A program made the translations under genes and the position numbers. A stretch of 64,000 bases of DNA from Paraphysomonas bandaiensis (Eukaryota > Protista > Chrysophyceae), in contig CBFFRP010000035.1 of assembly GCA_965644295.1 (NCBI GenBank), positions 124,001-188,000 on the forward strand, written 5' to 3'. Numbering within the stretch: the stretch's first letter is position 1; the number at the start of each line of letters is the position of its first letter. The notes below the pieces were generated by a model. The model made no database searches and was not told the DNA's origin. It was given only the letters and a program-made list of their open reading frames with translations. Below, in pieces: positions 48,475 through 61,851 of the stretch.

Positions 48475-48765
48475 TTTTTGCCATCTGTGATGACTCTTGT
48501 TCAGAGTCTAAAAGATTTTGACGTTTCATGGGGTTGGGCACTCTATTTTTACGTACTGCAAACTGTCCATAATCGTAAATTCTCTATATATTAATCAGTT
48601 TCAATGCTCTTAATTAGACCTGTAATGTTTGATACCGATCGTGTGTACTTTCTAACAAACAAACCACAGACTAGACATGAAGCTTTGCTTTTCCTTTCCA
48701 TAATGGGAATAGCCTACATTTTTATATTGTACACTATTGTAGCTAACGCATTTACTGACATATAC

Positions 48766-48897
48766 CAGGGCCTGGTAATCATTAATGGTAATGCCATTAA
48801 TGACCATTATAATTGCCGGGACATTTTTCATTAATGCCATTATAATTGCCGGGAACTGGACAACCATTAATGGGCCATTAATGGTTATCAGGCCCTG
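48766..48897. mobile_element. hAT-type MITE (132 bp)
   Basis: TIRs cagggcctggtaatcattaatgg / ccattaatggttatcaggccctg; left flank acatatac, right flank acatatg-acatatac; internal ccattaat repeats. Confidence 0.85.
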
Positions 48898-49052
48898 ACA
48901 TATGACATATACACTATCTGAGCGTGATAGTACGTAGTAAACATACACCATATACTGGTAACAAAAATGTACAATTTTTAGAATGTAAATTTACATTCTT
49001 TCGCTATGTTTATCTAATAGATGATACTGCTACATAACTAGTGTTTGAAGTC

Positions 49053-50066
49053 TTAAGGTTCACTCGCCCAGACTTTTCCAGGCTCTGAGTACTGTCTAAT
49101 GGCATCCACTTGAACTACTTCTTCACCTGGGAGTATTATACAGGATAGTTGTCGACCTGAATAAATACATGAGATTGTTGTGTTTCACACAGGCTTTGAA
49201 TCTAAGATAGAAGTATAAAGTGAATACAAAACTGAGATATTACCATAGCAGCATCCAGTGTCCAGCCCTACTGCATACTTCTGTCGTTGTAGTCCCCGTC
49301 GGGCATCATGCCCAAAGTATGTCGTCTCCGGTCCTGGCCAGACCTCCGCCCAGGGTTGACCCCCGGCGTGTATGCTCTCAGTTCCGTCCCATCCTCCATC
49401 AGGTCGTTTCAACACATTACGCATGCACGTCATATGTGTTTTTGATTGATCTGTCAGTGATAGCCCAGGAAGAAGACCGGCATGCACAACAATGGCTCGA
49501 TACCGCGGTACGCTTACTGTATACGGTAGCGCTCGCATCCACTCAATATCTTCCCTATAACACACACCTTCAATTAACTGACAAAATATGAAAAATATTA
49601 CAACTTACGACGATAAGCTGCTCACATAATCGTACTTCTTCTTTCGACTCTGTGGTCCCTCTCTGCTGGCCTGGAGCATAGCATCATCGTGATTTCCCCT
49701 CACACAGTATGCCGCCCCGCATGAAACTAGCTTTCGCACATATGTAACCACACCGGCAGAATCTGGACCCTTATTTACGAGATCTCCAACAAAAACAAGT
49801 ATGTCTGTATCTGAGCTATATGCGCATTTCTTTAAGAGCAGCTCCAGTTCAGTTAGACACCCGTGCACGTCACCGACAACTATCACACGGGACTTTAACA
49901 TATAATCTTGCAAAACAATATGATCACATGGTTTCATTGGGTCAATTGCACTCCTCCACCATAAAAGTGATTGCAATATTGATTTGGTTACTGGGGATCG
50001 AACTAATAGTCTGGATAGAGGCAACACTGCACTCGCAGTGAACAGTGCCACACCGACGCACCACAT
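49053..50066 (-). CDS. ApaH-like phosphatase / symmetrical bis(5'-nucleosyl)-tetraphosphatase-like metallophosphoesterase, 3 exons
   Basis: GDVHG, GDLVNKGPDS, RGNHD, VHAG, FGH and LDTGCCYG motifs; last exon GRQLSCII...SEP*. Confidence 0.9.
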
Positions 50067-50579
50067 TATAGGCAATAACAAATATGCACAGTTACTATAT
50101 GAGGAAACAGCCAAACTATGTGTGCCCTGTGGCCTATGAAAAGAGTGGACTGATTGCATGTACATGTATATGTATGTCTATGTGTGATTATATCTGATGG
50201 TCTGGAAGCACAGGGGAGAGATACGAGTACACTCGTATACTCGTACACCTATACTGTACTTGTGTACTACGGTAGTGCTGTACTGTACTGCTACACAGCA
50301 GTTGGTACAAGTACAGGCACACCAGTTGGTACAGTTACTCCATAGGAATTGGATTCCAGCGGACATCATCATCACCACGATATTCTTTGTGTTTTCAAAA
50401 AACGTATGTGGAAGTAAAGAAATCATGAGGGGTTTGTGTCCAACTGAAGAGCACTCACCAGCTCACTGATACACAGTATTGTTAATTCATGGCCTGATAT
50501 TTGCATTAAACTTGACACTTGATAACAGAAAAGTAAGAGTTTCGTGCAGATTTTGCTGTTACCCTTTAATAAAATTGGA

Positions 50580-51846
50580 ATGGAAAAGTCGGATCAACAC
50601 ATGTGAGAAACCTACATAAATAAATAATAATTACTTATCATTGTCATCGTTATGTAGCTCACAGGAAGGAGACGATGACGCTCTTTCTTCTTTATTATTG
50701 TTACTCAAACAAAATAGCAGCACTGTTTGTGAAGGAGAGGTACGAATACACATACACTTTGATTGTTGTCATTTTATTTTTCAGGTTGGTTACCAAAATA
50801 CTTATAGATCGCCGAGAAAATCTTCCGTACTTCAAGAAGATAAAGTCCATCAACAAGACAATGAAAATTCTTCTTTGTCTACAAGTCTCACCATTGCTGA
50901 TCTGAGAGGCTATTTTCACCTTCCTATCGTTGAGGTAGCTAAACAGCTTGGCACGTGCACAACAGCACTTAAGAAAATATGCCGTAAACACAAAATAAAG
51001 AAGTGGCCCTATAGACAGATTCGCAGTCTCACAAAGAGTATACAATCTCTTGAAATGGCTGCTTTAAATGACACAATGGGGGATGATCTTCGTGAGCAGT
51101 ATCGTGAGCAAGTAATGACCCTACAACAGGCGATTGACGACATTGTACAGGACCCAAACACCAACATCTCTGAGCTAGCCAAAAAACTTGAATCCGAATG
51201 GGGTGAAGGTGAAATCGATATTGGAAGACGTCAACCAGCCGAACCGTCTGAAAATGTTCGTCATATTATCCAAGCAGCAGCGGCAACTGTTGGCGTAGAG
51301 GGTAGCGGGCGCACGAGCGGTGCGAAGCGAAAGCTCTCCCACACAGATGATGATGGTCCGGAAGGACAAGGATCTAATGGGTCCCAAATGAAGGACAACC
51401 TTGGTGTCTCGGATACAGCGATGGGAACCGGGAAGACTTCCCTCCCTGCCCCAACTCCTCAGAAGATTCCTGAAGCGGTCACTGTCGGTATAACCCAAGT
51501 AAGCCAGGTTGCGTTGTCAACGGACTCCAAAAGTAGTTCAGTTCACTTTATTGGTCCCGTCAGTCTTGCCCCGTTGGAACGCCGCCGTATCAATAAGCTC
51601 GCTTCAAAGAAACTCGTCCCGCTTATTGAACCTGATATCTGTAATCATTTCAAAATGGAATTTTTACCTCAGGGCCCTCTTCTGCAAGTCCGTTTCTGTC
51701 ACGAAGGTCTCTCTGTGTTAGAGGGTGGAGAAGACATTACCATGCCGCAGGGAGGAAATGAGAGCCATTCAGATAACTTGGGAGGGTCTAACATTACCGA
51801 TTCTTCGGAAGGTGTGGGCAGTCAACAGCCTGTTGCCACACACTAG
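50580..51846 (+). CDS. RWP-RK domain transcription factor, 3 exons
   Basis: LTIADLRGYFHLPIVEVAKQLGTCTTALKKICRKHKIKKWPYRQ. Two short 5' introns and the start codon are inferred. Confidence 0.9.
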
Positions 51847-52826
51847 GAATCCTGTCTTTCCTGTTATGCCATTGTGAATTGAAATGGACTCATCACCAAT
51901 GAAATGATATCGCGTTGTGAAATCGTGAGAATTATATGCATATCATTTCAATATTTATGCATTTACTGTGTACTATGATTATGCGAGTAGCGATTGCAAA
52001 ATATGACATGTTTGAGATCGACTCTGGAGCTAGTTGGTATGTTGAAACGGTGGTATAATAGTTACATATTAATGGATTAGAACATGCTTTACTCCGAAAG
52101 TGGTATTTTGATTAACCATTGAAACCTCATTTGTGCTATATCGTGCAGCCATGACTGCTCCATTCTGAGCGCGTACTGCGTACTTAGGTAGATCTGGGTG
52201 GGTACCTAACTAATACTTGATTAAGTCCCATCTGTTATTTGCTAGCTACCTACTCAAACCAACCAGCTACATCATTATCACATGGTATTTAGCGCTGAAT
52301 ATTGAATATGCAGTGAGAACCCGAGTGGGGAAGCGCTGAACTAAGCTAAGCGTACATAGGACATAGGTAGAGGTGCGCGGTCGCAACAATCAGCAGCACT
52401 CACTAGACGGTCAAACGCGATGATTAGTTAAGCTGTCAATATGGGGCAATGACCGTAGGGCCGATACGATTTTTAGGCAGATATTTAAAACATATCAAGA
52501 AGCAGTCGTTGAGAGGAAAAAAAGAAACAAGAATGTCCACTACCCAAGTTCATAGTAAACTTATTATTGTGTGTGCAAAGGCACTAGTATAGAATACACT
52601 TGTAGGAGATTAAGCAGATTGCATCCAAATTAGATATAAAATTTTACCCACACAAAAGTTGATATATTATATTCTACGTAACAGAATTCCATATTATTGT
52701 AGGCCAATCCCAACGAAATTGGACCACATTCGTCTCAACACGACATACAATTTCTGCCTTTAGTACGCGAACACATCATGAATATATCAAAAGGTGACGC
52801 AGGCTGTTCACATTGATGATTTAGTA

Positions 52827-53609
52827 TTAGTAGTAGTTTAGGTCAACACTGGCAGAGCATGTAGATGTGGTGCCCTGGTATTGCTTGATGGCAGGAGTGG
52901 TCCAACCACCGAAGGGGACAAAGTCACTGAAAGAAGAGGACCCATCGTAATGAGCGTACCTACGTATAAAATAAAACCTAAACCAGTTTTGTACAGTTAC
53001 AAACACAATACCAGAGAGGATACTGCTTGAATTGAGTGGAGTCACCGGTTATGGGAGTCCACTGACTGGAGCTGGTGTAAATCCCTGTATCATTTAACAT
53101 AACATACATTTTCAACTGCTATACATTATATACATACCAAGTGTAACATTCCTTTTGAGGCCTTCGTCAACCATGTCCTGAATGAAGTTCACATTGTTGG
53201 AAGTGGAGCTGGACCAATAAGAGGTTCCCTCCACGTCAATCCAGAGCATACCGAACTTTGCACCAGCATTATTCAATGCATTCACAGTGTCATCCATCTA
53301 ATCAAGGGTGAGAGAATTACTTTTCGTGTTTGACGTTCAAACCTGTTTGGCAGCATTGCCACATGAGTAGCATGGAAATATGTAACCATCGACATATTTC
53401 ATTCCTCCAGACCAAGCATTCTTTATGGACGTCGGCCCATTCGCATCGGTGTGTCCACTGCTTTGATAAACACGGACAATTGCAAAAGTTTCACCGTTGT
53501 CAACCATGCACTGGAATGAGCTGGTGGAAGTCGCCTGAGACACATCAACGCCATGAGTGGCACTCACTGCCGTAATAATAGTCGCCAGAACTGAGAATAA
53601 GTAAAACAT
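52827..53609 (-). CDS. Secreted GH25-type lysozyme (protist/nematode lys family), 4 exons
   Basis: Signal peptide; GVDVSQ; FAIVRVY; VDGYIFPC; LWIDVEG; [24 protein letters not shown]. Confidence 0.92.
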
Positions 53610-54180
53610 TTTCAACGATATCAGTGATACGTAAGTCGGAAGTAATTTAAGGTGTGCGTTGTGAGCTGAGCTGTTGAGCTTTAAATATATACATATCTTG
53701 TAGCTTATAGATACGCACGATACGATACATGCAGTACAGGACAGAACTCTCTGTACATGTACTGTAGGTACGTACACCGTACAGTGCTGCTGTATGCAGG
53801 CTCTCTGTATGTAAATTCAACTGCAGTCTACAGGTTTCGATTGTTCGACATCCATCGACGTCAGCTGTAGTCGAAATACGCATCATCATAAAATGCGCAG
53901 TGAGTGATATGGTATGTACAGGTACTGCTGCTGTATATGCAGGGAGTACACCAGTACCACCCCAGTACCAGAGTAGCTGTTCAAAAAATCGCTGATGGTC
54001 GCACTATTCCTATTGGCTGAAAGTACCGAAGAATTTCTATCTATAACGATTTTTTGTTGATAGAGAGCACAGTTGACTGTGAGCGATATATGGATAGATA
54101 GATAGATAGATACTGCATATGTAGACATCAGTTCAATGAGCTGGATGACCTGATAGAGACACCAATACGAGTAGGATACA

Positions 54181-56379
54181 ATGTTCGGTATGGATGAGTC
54201 CCTTCGTTGGGAGGGATTTTCGAGTGAATCTGATAGCGATATGTCTGATTTTGATGTTGATGCTATTGATAGAGAACTACGTGAGAGTGAACACGAAGAA
54301 GACCATGAGAAACCAGAAGTCAGTAGCTATGACTCTGAGGGAGACCCACCAGTTAAACCTATTGAGATATATGAGATCGAAAATAGACGACAGTATTTTG
54401 ATAATTATGGCACTGAGATCGAGCCAGTGTCTCGAACCCCAGTTATGGAATTAGTAGAATTTGACACAGATGCAGATCAAGCACTGCGCGAGTGGAGAAG
54501 ACGGGGTAGCTCGATTGATGAGCAGAGCAGTGTGGGAAGTAAAGACGCAAGAAGGAAAACACCTAGTCAGCGATTTGCAACACGCTCAGCTGAAGATTCA
54601 TTTTCGAGGGCCCGCTCTCTCCCAGAATCCGACATCAATAGAACAGTTGAAAACTCTGATGAGCCAGCAGATGCTAAGCGCAAGAAAAAGACGTCACGAC
54701 ATCCGAATTTCTCTCATTCAGTTTCGGTGCCTGTGCCTGCCGCGTCTGCTGTAACGCGTGTTGACACTGCTGGTAGCGATACTTCAATACGTAGTAGATC
54801 GAGCGCAAATAGAAGTCGTAGCAAGAAATCGAAAGTTGGCGTTGAACCCACAGCGGAGATTTTTCAAGGCGGTGTGGTATCTGCATTAGAGTATCTAGGA
54901 ATGGAAGACACAAGAGCTTCGAAACACGAATTAAAGGCGTTTCCGCCTGCCAATAATCAAGTTGCTCCCATATTTGACAATGGTAATCATATGGCCAAGA
55001 TATCAGCGGCTCGTACTGCAAGTGTAATCTCCAGTGATGATGCTGTCTTCAATCATAACTTGCTGCCTCAGGGTTCTAAGTCCTCTAGCGACGCCACCAC
55101 TATAATTCGGCGTCCATCTGCTCCCCCTCCAATGTTGAGCTCAGGATCACAGCCGTGGAAGCCGTTGTCATTCCGAACAAAACCTTTGTTGGCAAAATAT
55201 ACGGAAGTGCATTCCTTTGCTAATGCCGTTCAGGTTGTCACTGGTGAAGGTGCGGAAACAGGAATGGTACTATGCGCTACTGCTGACAGCACCGTGCGCC
55301 TAGTTGATGTGACCAGTGGCAAGGTGGCCGCAATGTATGAAGGACATTCGGACCGTGTGCTAGCTGTTTGCGTCAGTGAAGCTTCAACAACTACAGACTC
55401 TGGTGTACAGCCATCTCGTATTGTTGCAGCAGGATCGAGGGATGAAACCGTATGTATATGGGACTATAAAACGCGCAGACTCATTCATGTCCTCTCCAAG
55501 CATGAAGGAGCGGTGTGGGCGGTTGCTGTTTACACGCGCCTTCCCCAACCGTTAGTAGTTTCCGGTTCTAGCGACTGTACCATACGATCATGGAATGTGC
55601 ATACAGGTACAGAGGTGAGCATATTCCGCGGACATACGGACACTGTTTTGTGCCTTGCGATCCACTTCGGATCAGGAGATCAATCTAAGGATCCTCCACG
55701 ACTAGTTTCAGGCGGAGCTGATAATTTAATCAGACTGTGGGACATTCACACTGGCAGGCATTGTCGTATGTTAGATGGTCACTCAGACGATGTTAATGCT
55801 GTGTCCGTCGTTGCTGATAGCAGTGGCAGCTGTATTCGAGACCCCAAAATTGTTAGCGGCGGAAGAGATAGAACAGTACGGGTGTGGGATATCCTAAGGG
55901 GTGCCCAGCTAGCCGTATTCAATGGACATACTGACTGCATCTATGGTGTAGTAGGGTTAATTGGAAACTTTTCCGTAGGAATAGGGGCCCATGTGGAAGT
56001 CTCTTCGGAAAGAAAACCTAGTGTCAGCCAACTAAATAGACAGTCGTCGGTGTGGTCGAAAACACTCAATGACATTGACGACGAATTCATTTCAAAGAAA
56101 GGGACTAAATCTTTTGTAATAGTATCCTGTGGGGAAGATAGAACGGTGCGTCTATGGAATGTTCTCGAGGAAAAACAAGTAGCGATATTGAAACAGCATC
56201 GGGGTAGCGTAAAAGGTGTTTCTGTTGCTCCTGTTAAAATTCCTACTAGTGACACGAATACGCCGCCGGTTTCAATGATGCTAATGGCGACATGTAGTTG
56301 GGATAAGAGTGTGATATTTTATGACTTTGCTAGTGTCTTAAAGAAAACCTCATCAAACTCTTGTTGTATTCTGTCGTAA
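54181..56379 (+). CDS. WD40-repeat protein with a disordered N-terminal half and a C-terminal CaaX-like motif, intronless
   Basis: About 7 GH...WD repeats; ends SCCILS. Confidence 0.9.
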   Translation: MFGMDESLRWEGFSSESDSDMSDFDVDAIDRELRESEHEEDHEKPEVSSYDSEGDPPVKPIEIYEIENRRQYFDNYGTEIEPVSRTPVMELVEFDTDADQALREWRRRGSSIDEQSSVGSKDARRKTPSQRFATRSAEDSFSRARSLPESDINRTVENSDEPADAKRKKKTSRHPNFSHSVSVPVPAASAVTRVDTAGSDTSIRSRSSANRSRSKKSKVGVEPTAEIFQGGVVSALEYLGMEDTRASKHELKAFPPANNQVAPIFDNGNHMAKISAARTASVISSDDAVFNHNLLPQGSKSSSDATTIIRRPSAPPPMLSSGSQPWKPLSFRTKPLLAKYTEVHSFANAVQVVTGEGAETGMVLCATADSTVRLVDVTSGKVAAMYEGHSDRVLAVCVSEASTTTDSGVQPSRIVAAGSRDETVCIWDYKTRRLIHVLSKHEGAVWAVAVYTRLPQPLVVSGSSDCTIRSWNVHTGTEVSIFRGHTDTVLCLAIHFGSGDQSKDPPRLVSGGADNLIRLWDIHTGRHCRMLDGHSDDVNAVSVVADSSGSCIRDPKIVSGGRDRTVRVWDILRGAQLAVFNGHTDCIYGVVGLIGNFSVGIGAHVEVSSERKPSVSQLNRQSSVWSKTLNDIDDEFISKKGTKSFVIVSCGEDRTVRLWNVLEEKQVAILKQHRGSVKGVSVAPVKIPTSDTNTPPVSMMLMATCSWDKSVIFYDFASVLKKTSSNSCCILS

Positions 56380-57378
56380 CCATTATTCCCTGTGTATACA
56401 CAACGATGTATGTACTATAATCTATGTCGTAATTGTAGTATACTATCTATAGCACAGACATCTTGTATATGTTTAAACGTAACATTTGCTTCGAAGATAT
56501 AGCTTAGTATATTATAATCAGAATACATGTGTGTTAAAATCTATATAATTAATATTTGATCCGTTCATTACGTATGCTCTGAGTTTTTCATTTGGAACAA
56601 TATGGTGGTAAGAATGGATGCCGTTGAAGGCATGAAGGGAGTAATACCTTTACTGTATCACCTACTGGTAGATGATACGTCCATTATTCAAGCCGAGGTA
56701 AAACAGTATATATTATGGGTTGCTTCTTCAAAATAATAGTTGATTCAAATGAGTGAATTTTTATTTAAACTCTAGTCATAAATTATGCTCCGTAATAAAG
56801 AATAATCATAGCTTCGGCACTTTAAAATGTAATGGAAGACTTGCTGACTGCGAGCACCCGTCTACGCTGGGCAGATTCATTCAATCAGCGGTGAAAGTGT
56901 TATATCATTCCCGATGAGCTCGCAGGACATTATCGACACACTGACACCACAACTTCGTCACGTGAGGGAGCCATTTTAATCACAAGTCCGCTTTGGACAC
57001 TGTAGCCAACACTCTCTTTATCATCTCTATATCTCTATGTATCTATCTCATATATATATATGTACAGTACGCATGCATCTCTATATGTCCATGTCCCTAT
57101 GTATCTACATGTATCTCATATAGATGCAGTATATCTACTAGATATGCTGCAGGATCTTGCTGCTAGAAGGTGCGCGCGTGAAGTAGGAACACCGAAGCAG
57201 TATACAGTCACGTATACCGACCAGATACAAAATACATCACATACTATGTACAGCAGTGTAGACGTGTGTATATGTGCATGAGTATAGGCCCAGTGCATGC
57301 TACGGCCATATTCATACACACACAGGCGACGAGACCTCAGAAAACAGAGCATCCTCAACTGCATATTGGTCCTCGAAC

Positions 57379-57852
57379 ATGGATGCGGTCCCTGATGATG
57401 AAAGATTTGCAATCGAACTCGAATTCGTCCAAAATCTATCGAATGCCGGTTACCTTCAATGTACGTGCAGTGCCCTCTGATCGATAGTGGCTAACGCATC
57501 TTTGAATGACTGGCAGATTTAGCCCAAAACTATCTTGATGATGAGACCTTCTTAAATTTCTTGAAATATCTCAGATACTGGAAGCGGCCGGAGTATATAG
57601 TGTACATACAGTGAGTGGGTTGCGCTGTAGAGACATGCTCATAATAGTTACTGCAGGTTTCCACACTGCCTAACCTTTTTAGATGCAATCATTGAGAATC
57701 CTGAATTTCGAAAGGTAAGATTACCCGGATTGATTTGAAGTTCTTGATGAAAGTATTTTTTTCTGTGGCAGGAATTGTGCAGCGCAGAATTTCGAGACTA
57801 CATTCATCAGCAACAAGCTGCGCATTGGATGCATGGATCAGAGAAAGCTTGA
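57379..57852 (+). CDS. MED31: Mediator subunit 31 (SOH1), 4 exons
   Basis: RFAIELEFVQNLSN..YL, FLNFLKYLRYWKRPEY, FPHCLTFLD and FRKEL, assembled across three short GT-AG introns. Confidence 0.95.
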
Positions 57853-58513
57853 TAGGATTGTATATATTATTTATGATTACGTAGAATACATCATGCTGAT
57901 GGTTATTTGATGAGTAGATGGCACGTGAAACTCGTATTTGTTGTGGGCGTGCTTGTACAAGTTAAATGACATCGCATTAGTTTTTGTAGTAAGTTTTTGT
58001 AATTTAATGCTGTCTATTGATATATATGCAACGACACATTTACTTTCAAGATATATTATGTAATGACAATATCTGCACCATCTCATCAGAACAGTCTGTT
58101 ATGCATACTCGAATATGATATTACATAAAAACTAATCCTCTAGATTGGTTAATCTAATGACGTGGATATACATCCTTTTTAACATTTACTTTTGATTTCC
58201 CCGGGTGTTTGGATTAAGACGCAACAAGTACGGCTACTATGCGGAAATGCATCTCGCGGGATTGTCCACTGCATTCATTTGTTCAATTATAAAATCTGCG
58301 GACAGGTATACCACATTCGATCCATTATATCAACTACATTATAGTGGAACGAAACTTGTATAATATTTCTTTTCAATCTCTATCAAGCATGCTCAACACA
58401 TTTCAACAAGACGCTACAAGTACCAGCGGCAATTACTTCACACCATGTTGTGTGTATAAACATATACCCCGCATTTCTAAGCACTGCTCAAAGTATTATG
58501 TCATCCAGAGGAT

Positions 58514-60635
58514 CTAAATCTTAACTTCCCCAGTAGCAACTTTGCGAAACAATTCTGAATCTAAAGGAGTAATACTACCATCTTTCTGTGAGTAGAAAAA
58601 CAACTTATCCTTCTTAATAACATCAGGGTCAAATCCATCTTTCACTAAGATAGACTTCTGGTGCTTGAAGGTTGCAGTAACTGATATAGCCTCCTGAACT
58701 CTTAGGAAAGCCGGTCGAGAATACGAAGCCAAGTTTTTTGTGCACTCCTTGTGATATGCACTCCAGTCCATATTTTCAGCAGTTTTTCCTTCTTCTAGTA
58801 TCATTGCGGCCATACCAACTCTGACAGATAAAATATGAATGATCCCCAATATACACAAAACATATGCACTTACCTGCCGTCATAATTGGGTACGGCAACA
58901 CCATACACAGTCACTTCAGCAATTCCTGGCACTGCATGCAACACATTCTCCACTTCTGTAGTGGCTACATTCTCTCCCTTCCATCTGAATGTGTCTCCAA
59001 CCCTATCTGACCAATAAAAAAAACCTTCTTCGTCTCGGGACATCAAATCACCAGAGTTATAGTATCGGTCTCCTGGTTCAAATACATCACAAAGAATCTT
59101 TTTCTCCGTTGAGGAGGAATCAGTGTAGCCATCGAACCGTGTGCTCACATTGCGTGGATCAATTTTACTCACAAGAAGGCCAACTTCATTATACTTTGCA
59201 AGTAAGCATCGTCCATCTTCTCCCCGAAGTGGCTTTTCTTTGCACTCAGGGTCCACACGTAACAACCTGCAAACCAGCCACCCCGTTAGCAGAACACACT
59301 ATGATTATGGCTAGCATGAAAGCGGTCATTCATATCGCTATATCAGATATATATTATACGACCATACTTACTTCATTGACTTGACTTTATCCATAAAATA
59401 AGGCATGTAACCAATCGCCCCAACCTTGCCGATGCTATTAAAGCATGCGACATTTCCTTCTGTAGCTCCATAAAACTCAATGATCCTGTCGACACCATAG
59501 CGCTTTTGAAATTTTTCCCATACATCTGGCCTCATTCCATTTCCAATCGCAAATTTAAGACCGACGTTAATGTCGTCCGGGTTAGGTGGAGCATTGGCAA
59601 GATACCGACAAAGCTCCCCAATATACTGCATTGCTACACACCTATACCTGATGCAGTCCGGTGTAAAGTTTCGCACTGAAAACTTACGCCTGGAAATTAG
59701 GAATCAGATATGGCGTCGGAAGAAATACTTGATACAGCTACTGACCTGAGAACCATAGTAGCACCAGATCTTATACAACCCCCAGTAACAAGCATTCCTC
59801 CAGCAGAATGGTAAAGAGGCAGACAGTTGTAGAATCGATCTCCAGGCTTCATGCCCAGGAAGACCCCAACAGGCATAGAGTTTAATAGAAATTTGCTGCT
59901 TGAGAGCTTACAGGCTTTTGGTAATCCAGTTGTTCCGCTAGTAAATATGTATATCAGTGGGTCGCGCTCCCTAATGTGTCTTCTCTCGGACCGAGACACG
60001 CGGTCAGTTGGATAGGTCGACGATGTCTTCTCAAGTTCGTCCCAAAAGACTACCCTCACACCATCACATCTAAGCTGGTCCAGTTCAGATTCTAAAGACT
60101 TCTGAAGATCGCTATCCACGAGTAAAATTTTAACTTCAGTGTCTTTTAGAGACAGGTTCACACTGTGCATGAATGCTTTCCCACTTATATTGGAATTAAT
60201 AAGAGCTGAGCTCACTCCAATCTTTGCCATACCCAACCAAAACGTTACCATTTCTGGGCGATTCAACATCATGACCGCAACGGAATCATGTTCTTTTAAA
60301 CCCATACCCTTAGCCCAATATGCAAGTTGGTTGGCAAGTCTCTCCATTCCACCCAAAGTAACCGCCCTGTTCTCCTCTGCAGTGATGAACTGAACCACGT
60401 CGGGATTCTTGTCGACCTTCTCTTCAAAAAAATCCACAAAACTCCAATTTTTACCACCATTCCTGAACTGATGCCATTGTAACGTCAGAGCTACCTGTAA
60501 GATCTCAACAAATAAAAACCTCAGCTTGCCATAAAATATCGTCTTCTTAATCTTTGAGAAGAGAGCGTAACTGGCGACAGCTGCAGCGACACTAATAAGA
60601 AGAAATAAGAAAATACAATTATCCGAATAAGTCAT
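58514..60635 (-). CDS. Fatty acid transport protein / very-long-chain acyl-CoA synthetase (SLC27 family), 4 exons
   Basis: YIFTSGTTGLPKA, QYIGELCRYL, EFYGATEG, DRVGDTFRWKGENVATTEVE and TATFKHQK motifs. Confidence 0.95.
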
Positions 60636-60999
60636 TTGATCGACAAAAGTAATGGAGACGTCGCCCTTGGAAGCTTAAAGTAAAACGATGTGATTTCTGA
60701 GCCAAACTCTGTGTGGGTAGCTACATGGTACAGTCACACACATATCTGCACAGTATGCCGGTACATGGCAGTATCTGCAGCAGGCAGTACGCGGTCTACA
60801 AATTAGAACTTTCTGCATAAAAACTTGATTTTTTATGTGTAGAATCCACTCTCGTTTTTTGGTAGAGGCTCGAAGCTCCGGGCCGATGCAGGACGAGACC
60901 AGGAGTGTCCTGCAGTTGGCCAAGAGGGAGGCACAGTCAGCAACACGTCACAACATAAATCACAATTACAGAACTTGCTGTCATCTAAAACTACTTACA

Positions 61000-61465
61000 A
61001 TGGAGTTTGCACAGAAGCTAGGACGAAAGGCTAAGATCCAGATGTTGAAGTCTGAGAAAGACGAGCTGAAGTCAAAGTACGAGGAACTTAAGCACCAGCA
61101 TGAAGTATACATGGCTCTCAAGGGCGACAGAACGGACATTCAAAATATTATTGCAGCCAATACAGCCTCCATTACCCTGTATGAGAGTAAGATCAATAAT
61201 CCTATGCCATCGGCCCCGACAGAACAGCAAAACTACAATGCTCAGGTGTTGAATACGATCAAGCGCTGCAACGAGGACCTGGCCAATATCTTGGCAAGTA
61301 TATCACGTAATTCTGGAGAGATAACTGAGGAGATCTTTGCAAAGGTGTGTGTGCCTACATCTATAACTTAATTAATAATAATTTTCTATGCAGGAAACAG
61401 AAGAGTTCCACAAACGCAAAGATAAAATCAAAGCTAAAATTGACAATCTCAAGGACAAAAATTAA
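61000..61465 (+). CDS. Small coiled-coil hypothetical protein, 2 exons
   Basis: ORF MEFAQKLGRK...EEIFAK, a short GT-AG intron, then ETEEFHKRK...KN*; heptad-like K/E/L pattern. Confidence 0.7.
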
Positions 61466-61757
61466 GATTAAAAAGTGTTAGAAGCTTATTCAATTCGAAG
61501 AAGCAGATCATTTTGTATCAGATTATGCACTTATAACACTTTCTACATCATCTATAGTTATGTTGTTGTAACGCTGCACTCAATAAAAGGCATTATGTAT
61601 ATGTGGGCATTAAATATAACACACTAAAACACCTTAGAGTATATTATTACAATATGTTGGCCAAAATAATAGTGCATTTATAGTACAGAGGTAGATTATT
61701 AATCCACAGTTGTCGCGAAATAGTGAATAAGTGTTATACTTATAGTAGTGATACTTT

Positions 61758-61851
61758 TTACAGGTAGTTGTCTATCTAGCTTGACTAGTTTTCATCTAGC
61801 TACTTATCTAGTGCTGATTCTCGACACATATTGCTAATAATATGACTTTCA
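61758..61851 (+). mobile_element. 5'-truncated 3'-end fragment of the retroposon, followed by (AT)n
   Basis: ttacaggtag...gactagttttcatctagctact...attgctaataatatgactttca matches 37836-37921. Confidence 0.65.

Noticed and set aside
52140-52500. GC-richer intergenic stretch, possible ncRNA or repeat
   Set aside because: No second copy in the window, and no boxes, TIRs or convincing stems were found.
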